Source of the DNA: Octopus sinensis
Lineage: Eukaryota
Reading direction: 5' to 3'
Assembly (NCBI RefSeq): GCF_006345805.1
Contig: NC_042999.1
Location: forward strand, 82,646,001-82,710,000
DNA: 64,000 nt
The notes beneath the pieces are model-generated. The model had not been told where the DNA came from, made no database searches, and saw only the letters and a program-made list of their open reading frames with translations. The position numbers were made by a program, and so were the translations under genes. This document shows, piece by piece, positions 53,186 through 64,000 of the stretch (positions within the stretch are counted from its first letter, which is position 1; each line of letters begins with the position of its first letter).

Positions 53186-53624
53186 TATCCGTTCTGCTAA
53201 AGGCACAAGGGCTGAAATTTGGCGGGAGGTGGCTAGTCGATTACATCGACCCATGTACTTGTCAGGTGCTTATTTTCTCGACCCGTAAAGAATGAAAAGC
53301 AAAGTTGACCACGTCTGAATTTGACGAAATACCGCTAAGCATTTTGCCTGACGTGCTAATGATTCTACCAGCTCACCACCTTTGGTGCCGGTTACAAATT
53401 TTGGCACAAGGTCAGCAACTTAGGAGGTGAGGTAGGTTGATTACATCGACCCCAGTGCTCAAATGTTGCTTATTTTATCGACCCCAAATAGATAGAAGAC
53501 AAGGGATAGAAGAATGAAAGGCAAAGTCGACCTCGACGGAATTTGAACTCACAACGTAGCGACGGGCGAAATACCGCTAAGCATTTCGTCCAGCGTCCTG
53601 ACGATTCTGGCTGCTTGTTGCCTT
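53186..53624 (-). mobile_element. Two tandem SINE family A copies (tail type 2)
   Basis: Heads end at ~53382 and ~53624; both carry GTCGATTACATCGACCC and GGCACAAGG modules. Confidence 0.8.
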
Positions 53625-53638
53625 AATAATAATAATAA

Positions 53639-53733
<95 letters not shown>

Positions 53734-53807
53734 CGACGACGGCGGCGGCAGCGATTTATATTATATATGTGTGGTGGTGGTGATGGTGGTGGTGGTGGTG
53801 GTGGTGG

Positions 53808-53859
<52 letters not shown>
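53624..53859. repeat. Compound trinucleotide tract (AAT)n-(GAT)n-(GAC)-(GGC)...(GGT)n-(GAT)n
   Basis: Seen directly. Confidence 0.95.
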
Positions 53860-55325
53860 AGCTCTAAAATGAAATAGAAAATCCGCAAGGAATGCTGCCG
53901 AAGGCTAAGAATGGTCCAAAACTCAGAATTAAATGCTGCCAACAGAATTAATGCGATCTATTCTTTAGCCATATCAGTAACCTCGTATGGCTTCAGTATC
54001 GTTAAGTGGAGTTTCACTGACATGCAGAATATGTATGGAAAGATTTGTAAAATCCTTACAAGGTACTGAATGCACCATCCAAAATCAGATGTAGACAGGA
54101 TTTATCTCCCAAGAAAAATAGGAGGAAGAGGCCTGATACAGCTCGAACAACCCTTCAAATCAGCAATGATAGGCCTTGAAACGTACCTTAATACAGCTAG
54201 TGATGTGCTCTTACGAACTGCTCTGAAGCAAGAAGATTCCAAACAAGCTTCAGTCATGGAGCTTTGTCAGAAATTTAAAAAGTCTCTTGGACTACAAGTT
54301 AACAATAAGAATGACCAAAGACACCCAAATACTGACAGACCTACTATCAGAAAGACCAATGAGATCCAAATAGGGACAAACCTATCACTGATGCAAGAAA
54401 CATCACACAAAAAGAAAGCTTGCACGAATAATGTGCAGACAACTAGAAAGGCAAACTCCTGCATGGAAAATACTCTAACTGCCTGTCCAAGCCAGATATT
54501 GATCAAGACCTAACATACCAATGGCTATAAGGGTCAGGTCTGAAAGAAGAAACAGAAGGTTTTTGTTATTGCAGCGCAAGATCAGAGCTTACCTATCAGA
54601 AACTACCATGCAAGCATCCGTAAAGGTAGATCTGACCCCTCATGCAGGATTTGCGGAAAATTTACAAAGACAATTGATCATGTTGTTTCTGGCTGCCCAG
54701 TCTTCGCTGAAAAGGAGCACCTCATCAGTTCCATGACAGACGAGGGCAGTACATCCACTGGAATGCTTTTTAAATACTACAAAATCAAATCCCATGATAA
54801 GTGGTACAGGCACCATCGAGAGGATGTAGTAAATGGCGAGGGCGTCACCATCTTTTGGAACTTCCAAATACAAACAGAGAGCAAAATTGACTCCAATCGA
54901 CCAGACATTGTGATCAAGGACTGTAACAGAGGAAGTTGTCTGTTAATAGGTATGTCAAAATATCTCAAGAAAAGAATACGAAAAGCTTTCTCACTATAAA
55001 GATCTGCAAGTTGAAATCACAAATATGTGGAATCTTAGTACTATGGTAATACCAGTAGTAATTGGTGCATTGGCAATGATAAAAAAGAGAGCTGAGAAGT
55101 ATAGTAAGCAACTCCCTGGTAACTCCAATCTCCGTGAACTACAAAAGATACCCTTGATGGGTACAGCGTATGTACTACGGAAAGCACTCTCCATCTAAAA
55201 TGGAATAAATGTGGAGATAATTTTAGCATGTATAGCAAAACAAAAGTGTCCTTGTTACTCTTCGCCTCCGGGGGATGCCCGGTACAAAGGCAGCTGAAAT
55301 AAAGTTATAATGAAAAGAAACCATA
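53860..55325 (+). mobile_element. R4/Dong-clade (REL endonuclease) LINE, 5'-truncated and pseudogenised
   Basis: SELNAANRINAI; HHPKSDVDRIYLPRKIGGRGLIQLE; ETEG..IAAQDQSL; CRIC...TIDHVVSGC; TIFWNFQIQT...NRPDIVI; IPVVIGAL...ELQKI.LMGTAYVLRK; followed by an (AAT/AAC)n tail. Confidence 0.9.
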
Positions 55326-55346
55326 AATAACAATAATAATAATAAT

Positions 55347-55379
<33 letters not shown>

Positions 55380-55781
55380 AATGAAGGTTCCTGTAAATAT
55401 AATGAAATACATCGAATTACAAATCGTGTGGTGTGGACAAACAAAAGTTGTATAAAAATATTAGTTGTATAAAAAATATTATAACAGAATAGTCGGCTAA
55501 GAAACGTAATGACAGGAGATAAAGGTAAAATTATATAAAATACAATTAAAACAAGATATTTAATTTTGAACACATGTAAAGAAGAAAAATGCAGTTAAGT
55601 TTATTATTGCACTCGCAGGTAGGAACCAATTGACTCAACTGGGCCTACGCACCCAAAAACTGGGCTTCAGCCATTTCTAAAGCTAAATTCTGATACACTC
55701 TAAGCATTATATTCTTATTTCTGTATTGAGTGAAGTTTTTATCCTATATGTAAACTCAACTCCCATCACTGTAAGCGTCCA

Positions 55782-55814
<33 letters not shown>

Positions 55815-55847
55815 GTCTATCTTTATCTATCTAACTATCTATCTCTA

Positions 55848-55908
<61 letters not shown>

Positions 55909-56499
55909 CTCTCTTTCTGCGTCTACACATACACACGTACATTCTTACATGTATGTATGTGTGCTTATGTTTGCGTGTGTGTGTGTGAAAGAAAGAGAGA
56001 GAGAGATGGTCGTTTGTGGTTACAAAAGTTGAAAACCTTTAATCAATGTAAAAGCAAAAAGTATTAATTACATTAAAATCTGAGGTTCCATTAACTGATA
56101 TACTGAATTTCATAGTCTTGTCTATTTAAATAATTTATTGTGTGAAAATAAATGTCAAAATAAGAATCCGGAAGATACAAGCTTCTAATAAACAACGCGT
56201 GCGCGCGGTTGTGGGTGGGTGGGTGGGTGTGTTTATATGTGTATTGTATTAAAAACATGATGTTTTTAACATTTTAGTGCTTTTCTTCGAATTTCGTTTC
56301 GGATTCTAAATAGGTTATTTGAAATATACAATCTTTTTCGTCACCTTTTGAAGTTACACAATTTCCGGTAATAACCAATGCTTCAATCTTCTCTAATAAA
56401 GCACTTGGTTGGCTTCTTGACTGAAAGTCAAGGATATATAACTGTAACGTTAAACTGGCCGGATAACTGCCTGATTTAGTTTTTAATCAATTGATCACA

Positions 56500-56640
56500 T
56501 ATTAGAACCTTGATTTCTCTAGAAGACCACCTGAACACGGTTACCATATTTTCAAACTGCTTTCATCGATCTACCATTTTTATGGATGTGGAAAAAGCGC
56601 AGGTGGGATAATAAGGAATTCATTTTCGTTTAAAGATTAG
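56500..56640 (+). mobile_element. Small reverse-transcriptase remnant
   Basis: IFMDVEKA...GIHFRLK resembles FLDxEKAFD.VWH.GL..KL. Confidence 0.35.
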
Positions 56641-56751
56641 TTGGAGCAGTTCGAATATATTACCAGTTTGCCCTACTTTATTATTTGTTTCCATCGTGGT
56701 GCTGATCACCCATTTATGAAACTCCAGATTTTCTTCATAAACTTTAAATAA

Positions 56752-57033
56752 CACAGCTCTTCATTATCTTCCCGAAGGACCTGAGAGACCTGCATGGGGT
56801 GGATGCAGATGTCTTCAAAATAAAGGTGGACCTCTTCCTGTCAGGTGTCCCAGATGAACCAACTTCACGGCAGGAGGTGCAGATGAGGGCAGCTGTATCA
56901 AACTCTCTCATGCACCAAATGTCAATTGCTAAAAAGCATTCGCGAAGTAAAATCGTGTAGCAACACCGAATGGCGGTGCCCCAGCATGGCCACAGCTTGT
57001 GAACTGAAACTAGAAGAAATGAAATGAAATGAA
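56752..57033 (+). mobile_element. CR1/L2-group LINE 3' end, same family as 14044-14775
   Basis: QLFIIFPKDLRDLHGVDADVFKIKVDLFLSGVPDEPTSRQEVQMRAAVSNSL; tail GGCGGTGCCCCAGCATGGCCACAGC...ACTGAAAC then (AATGA)n. Confidence 0.85.
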
Positions 57034-57149
57034 AACTTGTAACCTTTACTTTCATGCTTAAGTTATGCCTCTTCTTAAAACAATATCATATTAGCTGATA
57101 TCTGCGTCATTTGCTCCAAAGTCCACCCACATACTCCAGTAGTTCTATA

Positions 57150-57320
57150 ACCATAATTTTTACGGCTTTCTCCAGTGTCCTCCATGTCCTTTCTGCTCTG
57201 TTTTCTTTAATGTTTCTTCCTGATTTTTCCACTCACGAATCACTTTTTTTTTTTTTTTTGCGGTTGGTTGTGACCCGTATTGTTGCTTAGCTTTTCGCTT
57301 GTTATTTGCAATAATCAACC
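57150..57320 (-). mobile_element. Possible pogo/Tigger HTH fragment
   Basis: KAKQQYG...KVIREWKNQEETLKK resembles AARKFG..TIR.W.KQ...L. Confidence 0.3.
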
Positions 57321-57935
57321 ACTTGTAGTCAGCAACAAATTGTGTATGGTTGTCCTTTCGACTTAGTTACCATCGAGTAGAGTCGAAGAAGCTTATCGTC
57401 AATTGAATCACTGAGCAGATAACAGATGGCGACTTCTTTGGTGATACTTCTCTTAGCTTACAGATGGTGTGTGAGATACCATTATTGTTGATTCACCAAA
57501 GCAAATTGACATTTAGTAACAAGCTTACTTGTAAACTTCATATACATTTCCATCAATAAATTACAAAACTAACACATATTGTAATCATAGTAGTGGGATA
57601 CATTAATATATATATATATATATATTAGCCGGTGTTTTCAAAGCGATGAATAGCTTTTTGCGGAAACCATGGTTCGCTTTGTTTTCTGACTTTATAATCA
57701 TCTTATAATCATCTCATAATAATGACTTTTATGACTTTTATTACTACCTCAGTCCATCTAAATGTATATATTTGTCATTACCTGTCATAAAAAGCCTTTT
57801 TTTTTTATTTACAATGTGCATTTTCGTTGATTTTTCATATTTTACCCTTACATTTCCACGTGTATTTTGTATTTTCTTTTTGTAACATATTTCTACTATA
57901 TATATAATATATATATATATATATAATATAGATAT

Positions 57936-58017
<82 letters not shown>

Positions 58018-58149
58018 CTTATGTAATGACACTAGTATTCTAGTGAGAACTGGGCGCAGCTGCCACACTCTGTTCTACAACCCGATTGTTTAGTGATAAA
58101 GCACAAAGTATGAATCGAGAAGACACAGTATTTCATGTACAGCTACTTT

Positions 58150-58740
58150 TAGCTCTTCCTTTGATTCAGGAATTAACTTAGCATTTCCCCCATGAAACAC
58201 CAAGTTCGTTATTCTGTAAAAACATTTTTTCCCTTTTTCTTAGATGTTTCCCATCAATGTTAAACACAGGTAGCACTTTTTATCTCTTCACTTTGTCTGT
58301 AATCCCATTTGTTATTTTGTGAGCTTCTCTGATTCCTCCACAGGCTCTTGTATTCAGAAATTTTTCTGTTCCATCGGCTTTCATTTTCAAGAATCTTTTT
58401 TCTCCTCTTCTTTTTCAGTTCTCTGTTGATACTCTAATATTTAGCTATTTTCACTTTAAGCTTCGTCTTATTCCTTTCCCAACTTTCAACAATTCGTTTT
58501 TGCTCCTTACGTGTCTTAATAACTTCGCGTGTTTCATCTAAAATCCGTTTCCTTCCTTTTTATCTTTCTTTTGCTCAAAACAACCTCGGCTACATTCGGG
58601 CATACTTCCTTTGCATTCTTTAACTTACCATTGTTGTCTACATTTTCAACTACAGCGTCCAGCAGCACAAATCGATTTCCAAATTGAACTACAAATTTAT
58701 CTTTAATTATATCAACCTCCAACATTTTTTATATCAAATT
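58150..58740 (-). mobile_element. Decayed RTE LINE, internal ORF2 region between endonuclease and RT
   Basis: KFVVQFGNRFVLL...EV..V...KRK...ILDETREVIKTRKE...KY.SINRELKK resembles F...L.NRF..L / KEWIS.ET..LI..R. Confidence 0.55.
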
Positions 58741-58976
58741 TAGTAATCCCTTCCCTATTTTTCTTTAACCTTAACCTTTAATTGAATTGTTCCTATTACA
58801 AACTGATGGTCACTTGTGATATCTGTGCCTTAAAAGGTTCTACCACTGAAAAGGGATTTTTAACGTTGCATATGTATCAAAATATAACGTATGTTATTCC
58901 GATATTTTTTTATATGGAGATGTCTAAGTATATCTTTGTAGTTAAAGAAATTATCTTTCCACATGGTGAGATTGTT

Positions 58977-59066
58977 GGCTACAGAGTAGATCGCCCATAC
59001 ACTGTTTTTATTATTATCTCTGGCTACAGAGTAGATCGACCGTACACTGTTTTTATTATTATCTCC
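58977..59066. repeat. 45-bp tandem duplication
   Basis: GGCTACAGAGTAGATCG(C/A)C(C/G)... occurs twice, starting at 58977 and 59022. Confidence 0.9.
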
Positions 59067-59893
59067 AAATCCTTGTATAATCATTTCCTGTTTAATTCCT
59101 TATTTGCTACTACAAATTATCGCATTTATATCCCTAATCACAATTTCTGAATTGAAACTGCCATCAGCTACAAACCGACAGACCTAAAAAAAATTTATTA
59201 CTTGCTTCTTGCTAATATATTACCCAAACACACCATTTCATTTAACACGAAGGGTATACTTCGTTTTGAATTTTGAAGCTCAAAATAAAAGATTCCAAAA
59301 ATGAAAACTACTACTGCTTAAAGAAACTATCCAACAAAATTGAAGTATAACACAACAGAATGTTTGCAAAGGCATTCATGCATTATGAGGGACAAAATAC
59401 AGGCCAAATATATCAAATACTCAAGAACACAACACAGAACTGAAAATATATGGACGCACATTATTCATCAAAAAATTCTATCATTGAAAGAAGACCCTAG
59501 AATGAAACAGGACTCGAAATGCACAGAATACGCAAAGCCAGGAGACAACCAAAAATCTCGAACAAGAAATTACTTCCCGGAAGCCAATTAACTACTAAAA
59601 TACAACGTCTATAGTAAAAAAAAATTGGTTACCCTAACTGCGGAATATGCGTCAACAATATAGAAGACTCATAAATTTAAATTATATAAATCCCTCGTCC
59701 CAAAAATATAGAATCGTATTACCTAATTGATACAGTGCCGACATGAGACATAAAGGTAGGTTTATAAGCCTTAAAAATCCATTCTAACTCTGCCTATGAG
59801 TATAGTGCAGTGGATAAATGCGCTGAACTACATTACAGTCACCTAGCAGTTCTGAGTTTAATCTCAGGCAAGGTATTAAGGTGAATCACAACA

Positions 59894-59934
59894 CACCTGA
59901 AGAAGGCTGGAACGTACACAACCTAAACGTAGTG
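59894..59934 (+). ncRNA. Decayed hammerhead motif
   Basis: CAC-CTGAAGA-A-GGCTG-(9 nt)-CAACC-TAAACGT-A-GTG; G12 is replaced by T and stem II has one mismatch. Confidence 0.4.
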
Positions 59935-60385
59935 AAAGCATTCCCAATAATACTTAATACGTAATCTCCTTTATTTTCTTGTATATCAAAAGAGAGTAAG
60001 CTGTTTTTCGCGGCTGTTTAAAGCTTCACATAGAAGAGTTTTTGATTTATAGCGTAACTACCTAGGTATTTCTAAGGGCTGAAGTTACCCTCTGTTATTA
60101 CTCTGAGTTTTCGCCCCTATCGCTGTAGCACACAGTTCTTTACTTTAAATTTACCACGAGTTTTCTACTACACATGCGTGCTGGTGCGTGCGTGAATGTG
60201 TGTGCGTCTGAGATGTATATACATATATATAAATGTGTGTATGTATGTATATATCATATATGACCTACGTTGGACTCCTCATTCGCATAATCACCGAACT
60301 TGGAGCTTAGCTATAGTCTATCCATAGCACTTACTCAGCATTACCTAACACCTTTGGGTCTTATTGACACTATTATCTCTCATAA

Positions 60386-60437
<52 letters not shown>

Positions 60438-60496
60438 AGCACGTATGTCTTTTACTTGTTTCAATCTCTCTTTGTCTCTTTCTCTGTGTGTGTCTA

Positions 60497-60534
<38 letters not shown>

Positions 60535-62053
60535 TGTGTGTGTAAATATGTATGTATGTTTGCGTTTATGTTGTTGCTCAATAACTGCTATTCGCCCCTA
60601 CTTGATCAGCTCTCGATAATAATTATCACAAATTTGCTTCAAAGAAAACCTCTTCAAATTTATCATAACTGATTACGCCTCATTTTCCGTAAAGTTTTTT
60701 GCCGCTTATTTACTAACCCTTTTTTATTTTTTGTATCTGTTTTTTTATTGCTCTTATTGTTGTATTTTTCCTTATTATTATGTTGTATTATCATCTTGTC
60801 ATGACTTGTGTATTTTTGATCTTGTTACGTTGATGTTGTCGTTCTTGTTGTTACGCCACACCCTTCGTTATCTTTATTAGGTGAAGGTCGACAGTGTGAA
60901 AAAAAACTTGTGTCCCACTATCATTACAAGTTGATATCTACAACAATTAAATTTATAGCAGAGATTTCGTATCTCTATCCACATGGGCATTCTTTGTTAC
61001 TTAACTATCCTAAATAAATATCTAAACAATATTTCTTGCACTCAGCCAACACGAACATAAAAACACGTAGACACTGAAACAGCGACAGTATCAGTTGTCT
61101 GATTATCCCTAAACAGTGATTTTGGGGTGGACATCACCCAGGTGATCCACCGAAGTTGCCTCAAGGGGATTGCTTAACCTGTTCGAATTAACAATCACAT
61201 TTTCCTGTCATGAAATCCTTTAAAAATAATGAATATATTGGAAAGTGTTGAGATTTTCCAAGCTGGAATACTTTTAGTCATTGGTTTCCATGGTTAGGGT
61301 CGAATTTGGATCAGGGTTGGTGTCCGGCGTGTTGGAAGATCACCGGAAGTCAGGCACCCCTCAGCTTTTGCTAAAGCGTGTCTCTGGGAGAAAACCAGAT
61401 AAGCAGAGCAGAGCATTGAAAATGCTTCCATTCCCTATTTTCTGAGCCTGCGACCCATAATGACACTGGATATCTTACCCTGGTTTGTCTCCGGATCCTT
61501 TCAGTACGGTGGAGAAGGTCTGTAAGGCGCTGTACAAGCCTTATTGGACGTACAATTTCAGGTTGTGCAAATCGCCTGCAATGCAATTATCCGATGCCCT
61601 GTTGAGTAGGAGGGCGCCGTGCTAAGCATGAAAGCTGATGTCGCGAATCTGAATGAAACCAACAGCTGGCGCAATAGCCTCATGCACCGACATTGCTGGC
61701 ATTTTGCATGGGCAGCCATTTTGCATGGACAGCTATTATATGTGTGCGTGTGGGGGGTGTATGTGTGTGTATAACAACACTGATGGGCTGAGGTTCAAGC
61801 GTGTATTTTATTGATAAATAAATCAATTACGTCATGTTAAAAAAAATCTTTCCTTCACGTGAATTAAGAGTAACATTTAACGTTTAGAATTTTCCACACA
61901 AATGGTGTATAATGTATATTGACCCTCTCATATCGGTGCTAGTTCAGTGAGGAAATAGGAAATGCTGTTTCGATACTAATTATACATAGTAATAAATCAA
62001 TCAGCACCTTTCATGGAAGGTTTCCTTGATGGAAGGTGTGTGTGAGTGTGTAC

Positions 62054-62096
<43 letters not shown>

Positions 62097-62295
62097 AGGA
62101 GTAGTTGATCCCACTACTTCACTGGTATTTTAGTTATCGAGCCTTTACAGAAAAAAAAGAAAGCTGATCGCAGCAGGATATAAAGTCAAAGTGCAGAAAG
62201 CAGGAACAAAAGACCTCAAAATACTCTCTCTGACTCACTTACTAAAGATAAATACGATAAATGCTAGCTCACTACCTTTACTCATGGAAAGACTA

Positions 62296-62932
62296 CTGGT
62301 TTCAATTTTTGGCACAAGGCCAGTAATTTTGGGGAAGGATGCCAGTCGATTACATTGACCCCAGTGCTCAACTGGTACTTATTTTATCAAACCTGTAAAG
62401 GGTGAAAGGCGAAATTTGAACTCAGAGTTAAAGACAGACGAAATAAGCATTTTGCCCGACGTGCTAACTTTTCTGTCAGCACGCTGCCTTCATAGAAAAA
62501 TTACTTTTTTCTACTCTAGGCACAAGGCCCGAAATTTTAGGGGAGGGGTCCAGTCGATCAGATCGACCCAGTACGGAACTGGTACTTAATTTAGCGACCC
62601 CGAATTGATGAAAGGCAAAGTCGACCTCGGCGGAATTTGAACTCAGAATGCAGCGGCGGACAAAATACCTTAAGCATTTCGCTCGGTGTACTAATGTTTC
62701 ATATTTCTTTATTGCCCACAAGGGGCTAAACACAGATGGGACAAACAAGGACAGATAAAGGGATTAAGTCGATTATATCGACTCCAGTGCGTAACTGGTA
62801 CTTAATTTATCGACCCCGAAAGGATGAAAGGCAAAGTCGACCATGGCGGAATTTGAACTCAGAACGTAATGGCAGACGAACTACCGCTAATCATTTCGCC
62901 CGGCGTGCTAACGTTTCTGCCAGCTCGCCGCC
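62296..62932 (-). mobile_element. Three consecutive SINE family A copies
   Basis: 62296-62490 and 62506-62698 (tail type 2), 62703-62932 (tail type 1, near consensus). Confidence 0.88.
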
Positions 62933-63559
62933 TGATCATAGAAAAAAATATTGGCAAGCAAAAGTATCGCCCTTAAAAGAATACGAACCAACATTTTTAC
63001 AACCTGGCACGGTATCGATTCAAAGAACAATATTTGTCATTTGGTACATGAGGACCTAGCAGATAAAGACATTAAGGGATTGTTATGTTGAGACAAGATG
63101 TAGCAATGTGAATTAAGAAATGGAATATGTTAACGTAAAAGCATTGCGATTAGCTTCTGTTGTAACAAAGTATCAAGACTTAGATATGGGCTCGGATTTG
63201 CAAGGATTTGTTTTGGCATACCATTCCGTTGCTGTATTAACAGATCACGTGTCATTTTATAAATTCATCACGTCATTGGCTCAGCTGCGTATTGTGAATT
63301 CGGATGACGGTAGCTTCTTCTGTACTTATCTGTGCGTATAGATGCGAGTGAGTTCTTGCTTCTATGTGTGTGTGGGGGGGGAGGTTCGTGTGGGCGTGTG
63401 TGTATGCATGTGTGTGAGTGTACGTTGCGTATGTACTATAGTTTATATGCATACACATATGTCAGTATATATACTTATAATTATCATGAGATTTGAATTG
63501 TGCAGTAACATGTGGTTGTGTTTGACTGAACCTTTTTGATAAAAACAATAATTCCGATG

Positions 63560-63630
63560 TTTATATGCAGCGTGTATATATATGTGTGTGTGTGTATGTA
63601 TGTATGTGTATATATATGTATATATATATA

Positions 63631-63710
<80 letters not shown>

Positions 63711-63774
63711 GTGTGTATATTTATACATATATATATATGTGTATATATGTATATATATATGTGTATATATATAT

Positions 63775-63864
<90 letters not shown>

Positions 63865-63932
63865 GTGTGTATATTTATACATATATATATGTGTATAATG
63901 TATATATATATATGTATATATGTATGTATATA

Positions 63933-63974
<42 letters not shown>

Positions 63975-63985
63975 ATATATATGCG
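63560..63985. repeat. (TA)n/(TG)n/(TATG)n microsatellite block
   Basis: Seen directly. Confidence 0.95.
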
Positions 63986-64000
63986 TTGGCTAGTCTTTCT

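Overview
AT-rich eukaryotic (metazoan) genomic DNA, almost entirely transposon relics and microsatellites. The SINE families and the very dense (TA)n/(GATA)n/(TATG)n tracts suggest a cephalopod, probably Octopus; this is inference, not a database hit. No host protein-coding gene can be confidently assigned, and most ORFs in the supplied track are read-throughs of microsatellites. Recognisable content: (1) more than 30 tRNA-derived SINE copies of about four families; (2) truncated LINEs of several types (CR1/L2-like, RTE, R4/Dong, Jockey/I-like) and a Penelope GIY-YIG fragment; (3) Tc1/mariner relics, including a near-full-length DD37D element, a small MITE and a Helitron-like non-autonomous element. 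The most interesting layer is a set of short non-coding elements abutting (TA)n or (TG)n tracts that carry minimal type I hammerhead ribozyme motifs, some arranged as fold-back hairpins. Four motifs keep the full core (11238-11272, 43240-43274, 50935-50976, 51023-51065) and about five are decayed. Ribozyme-bearing Penelope pseudo-LTRs are a known class, but these families may be uncharacterised. Also unexplained: a 176-codon stop-free frame (28421-28951) with a codon-conserved partial paralogue 910 bp upstream, and a possible promoter/first exon or terminal exon near 44850-44950. TE boundaries were placed by eye and are approximate.
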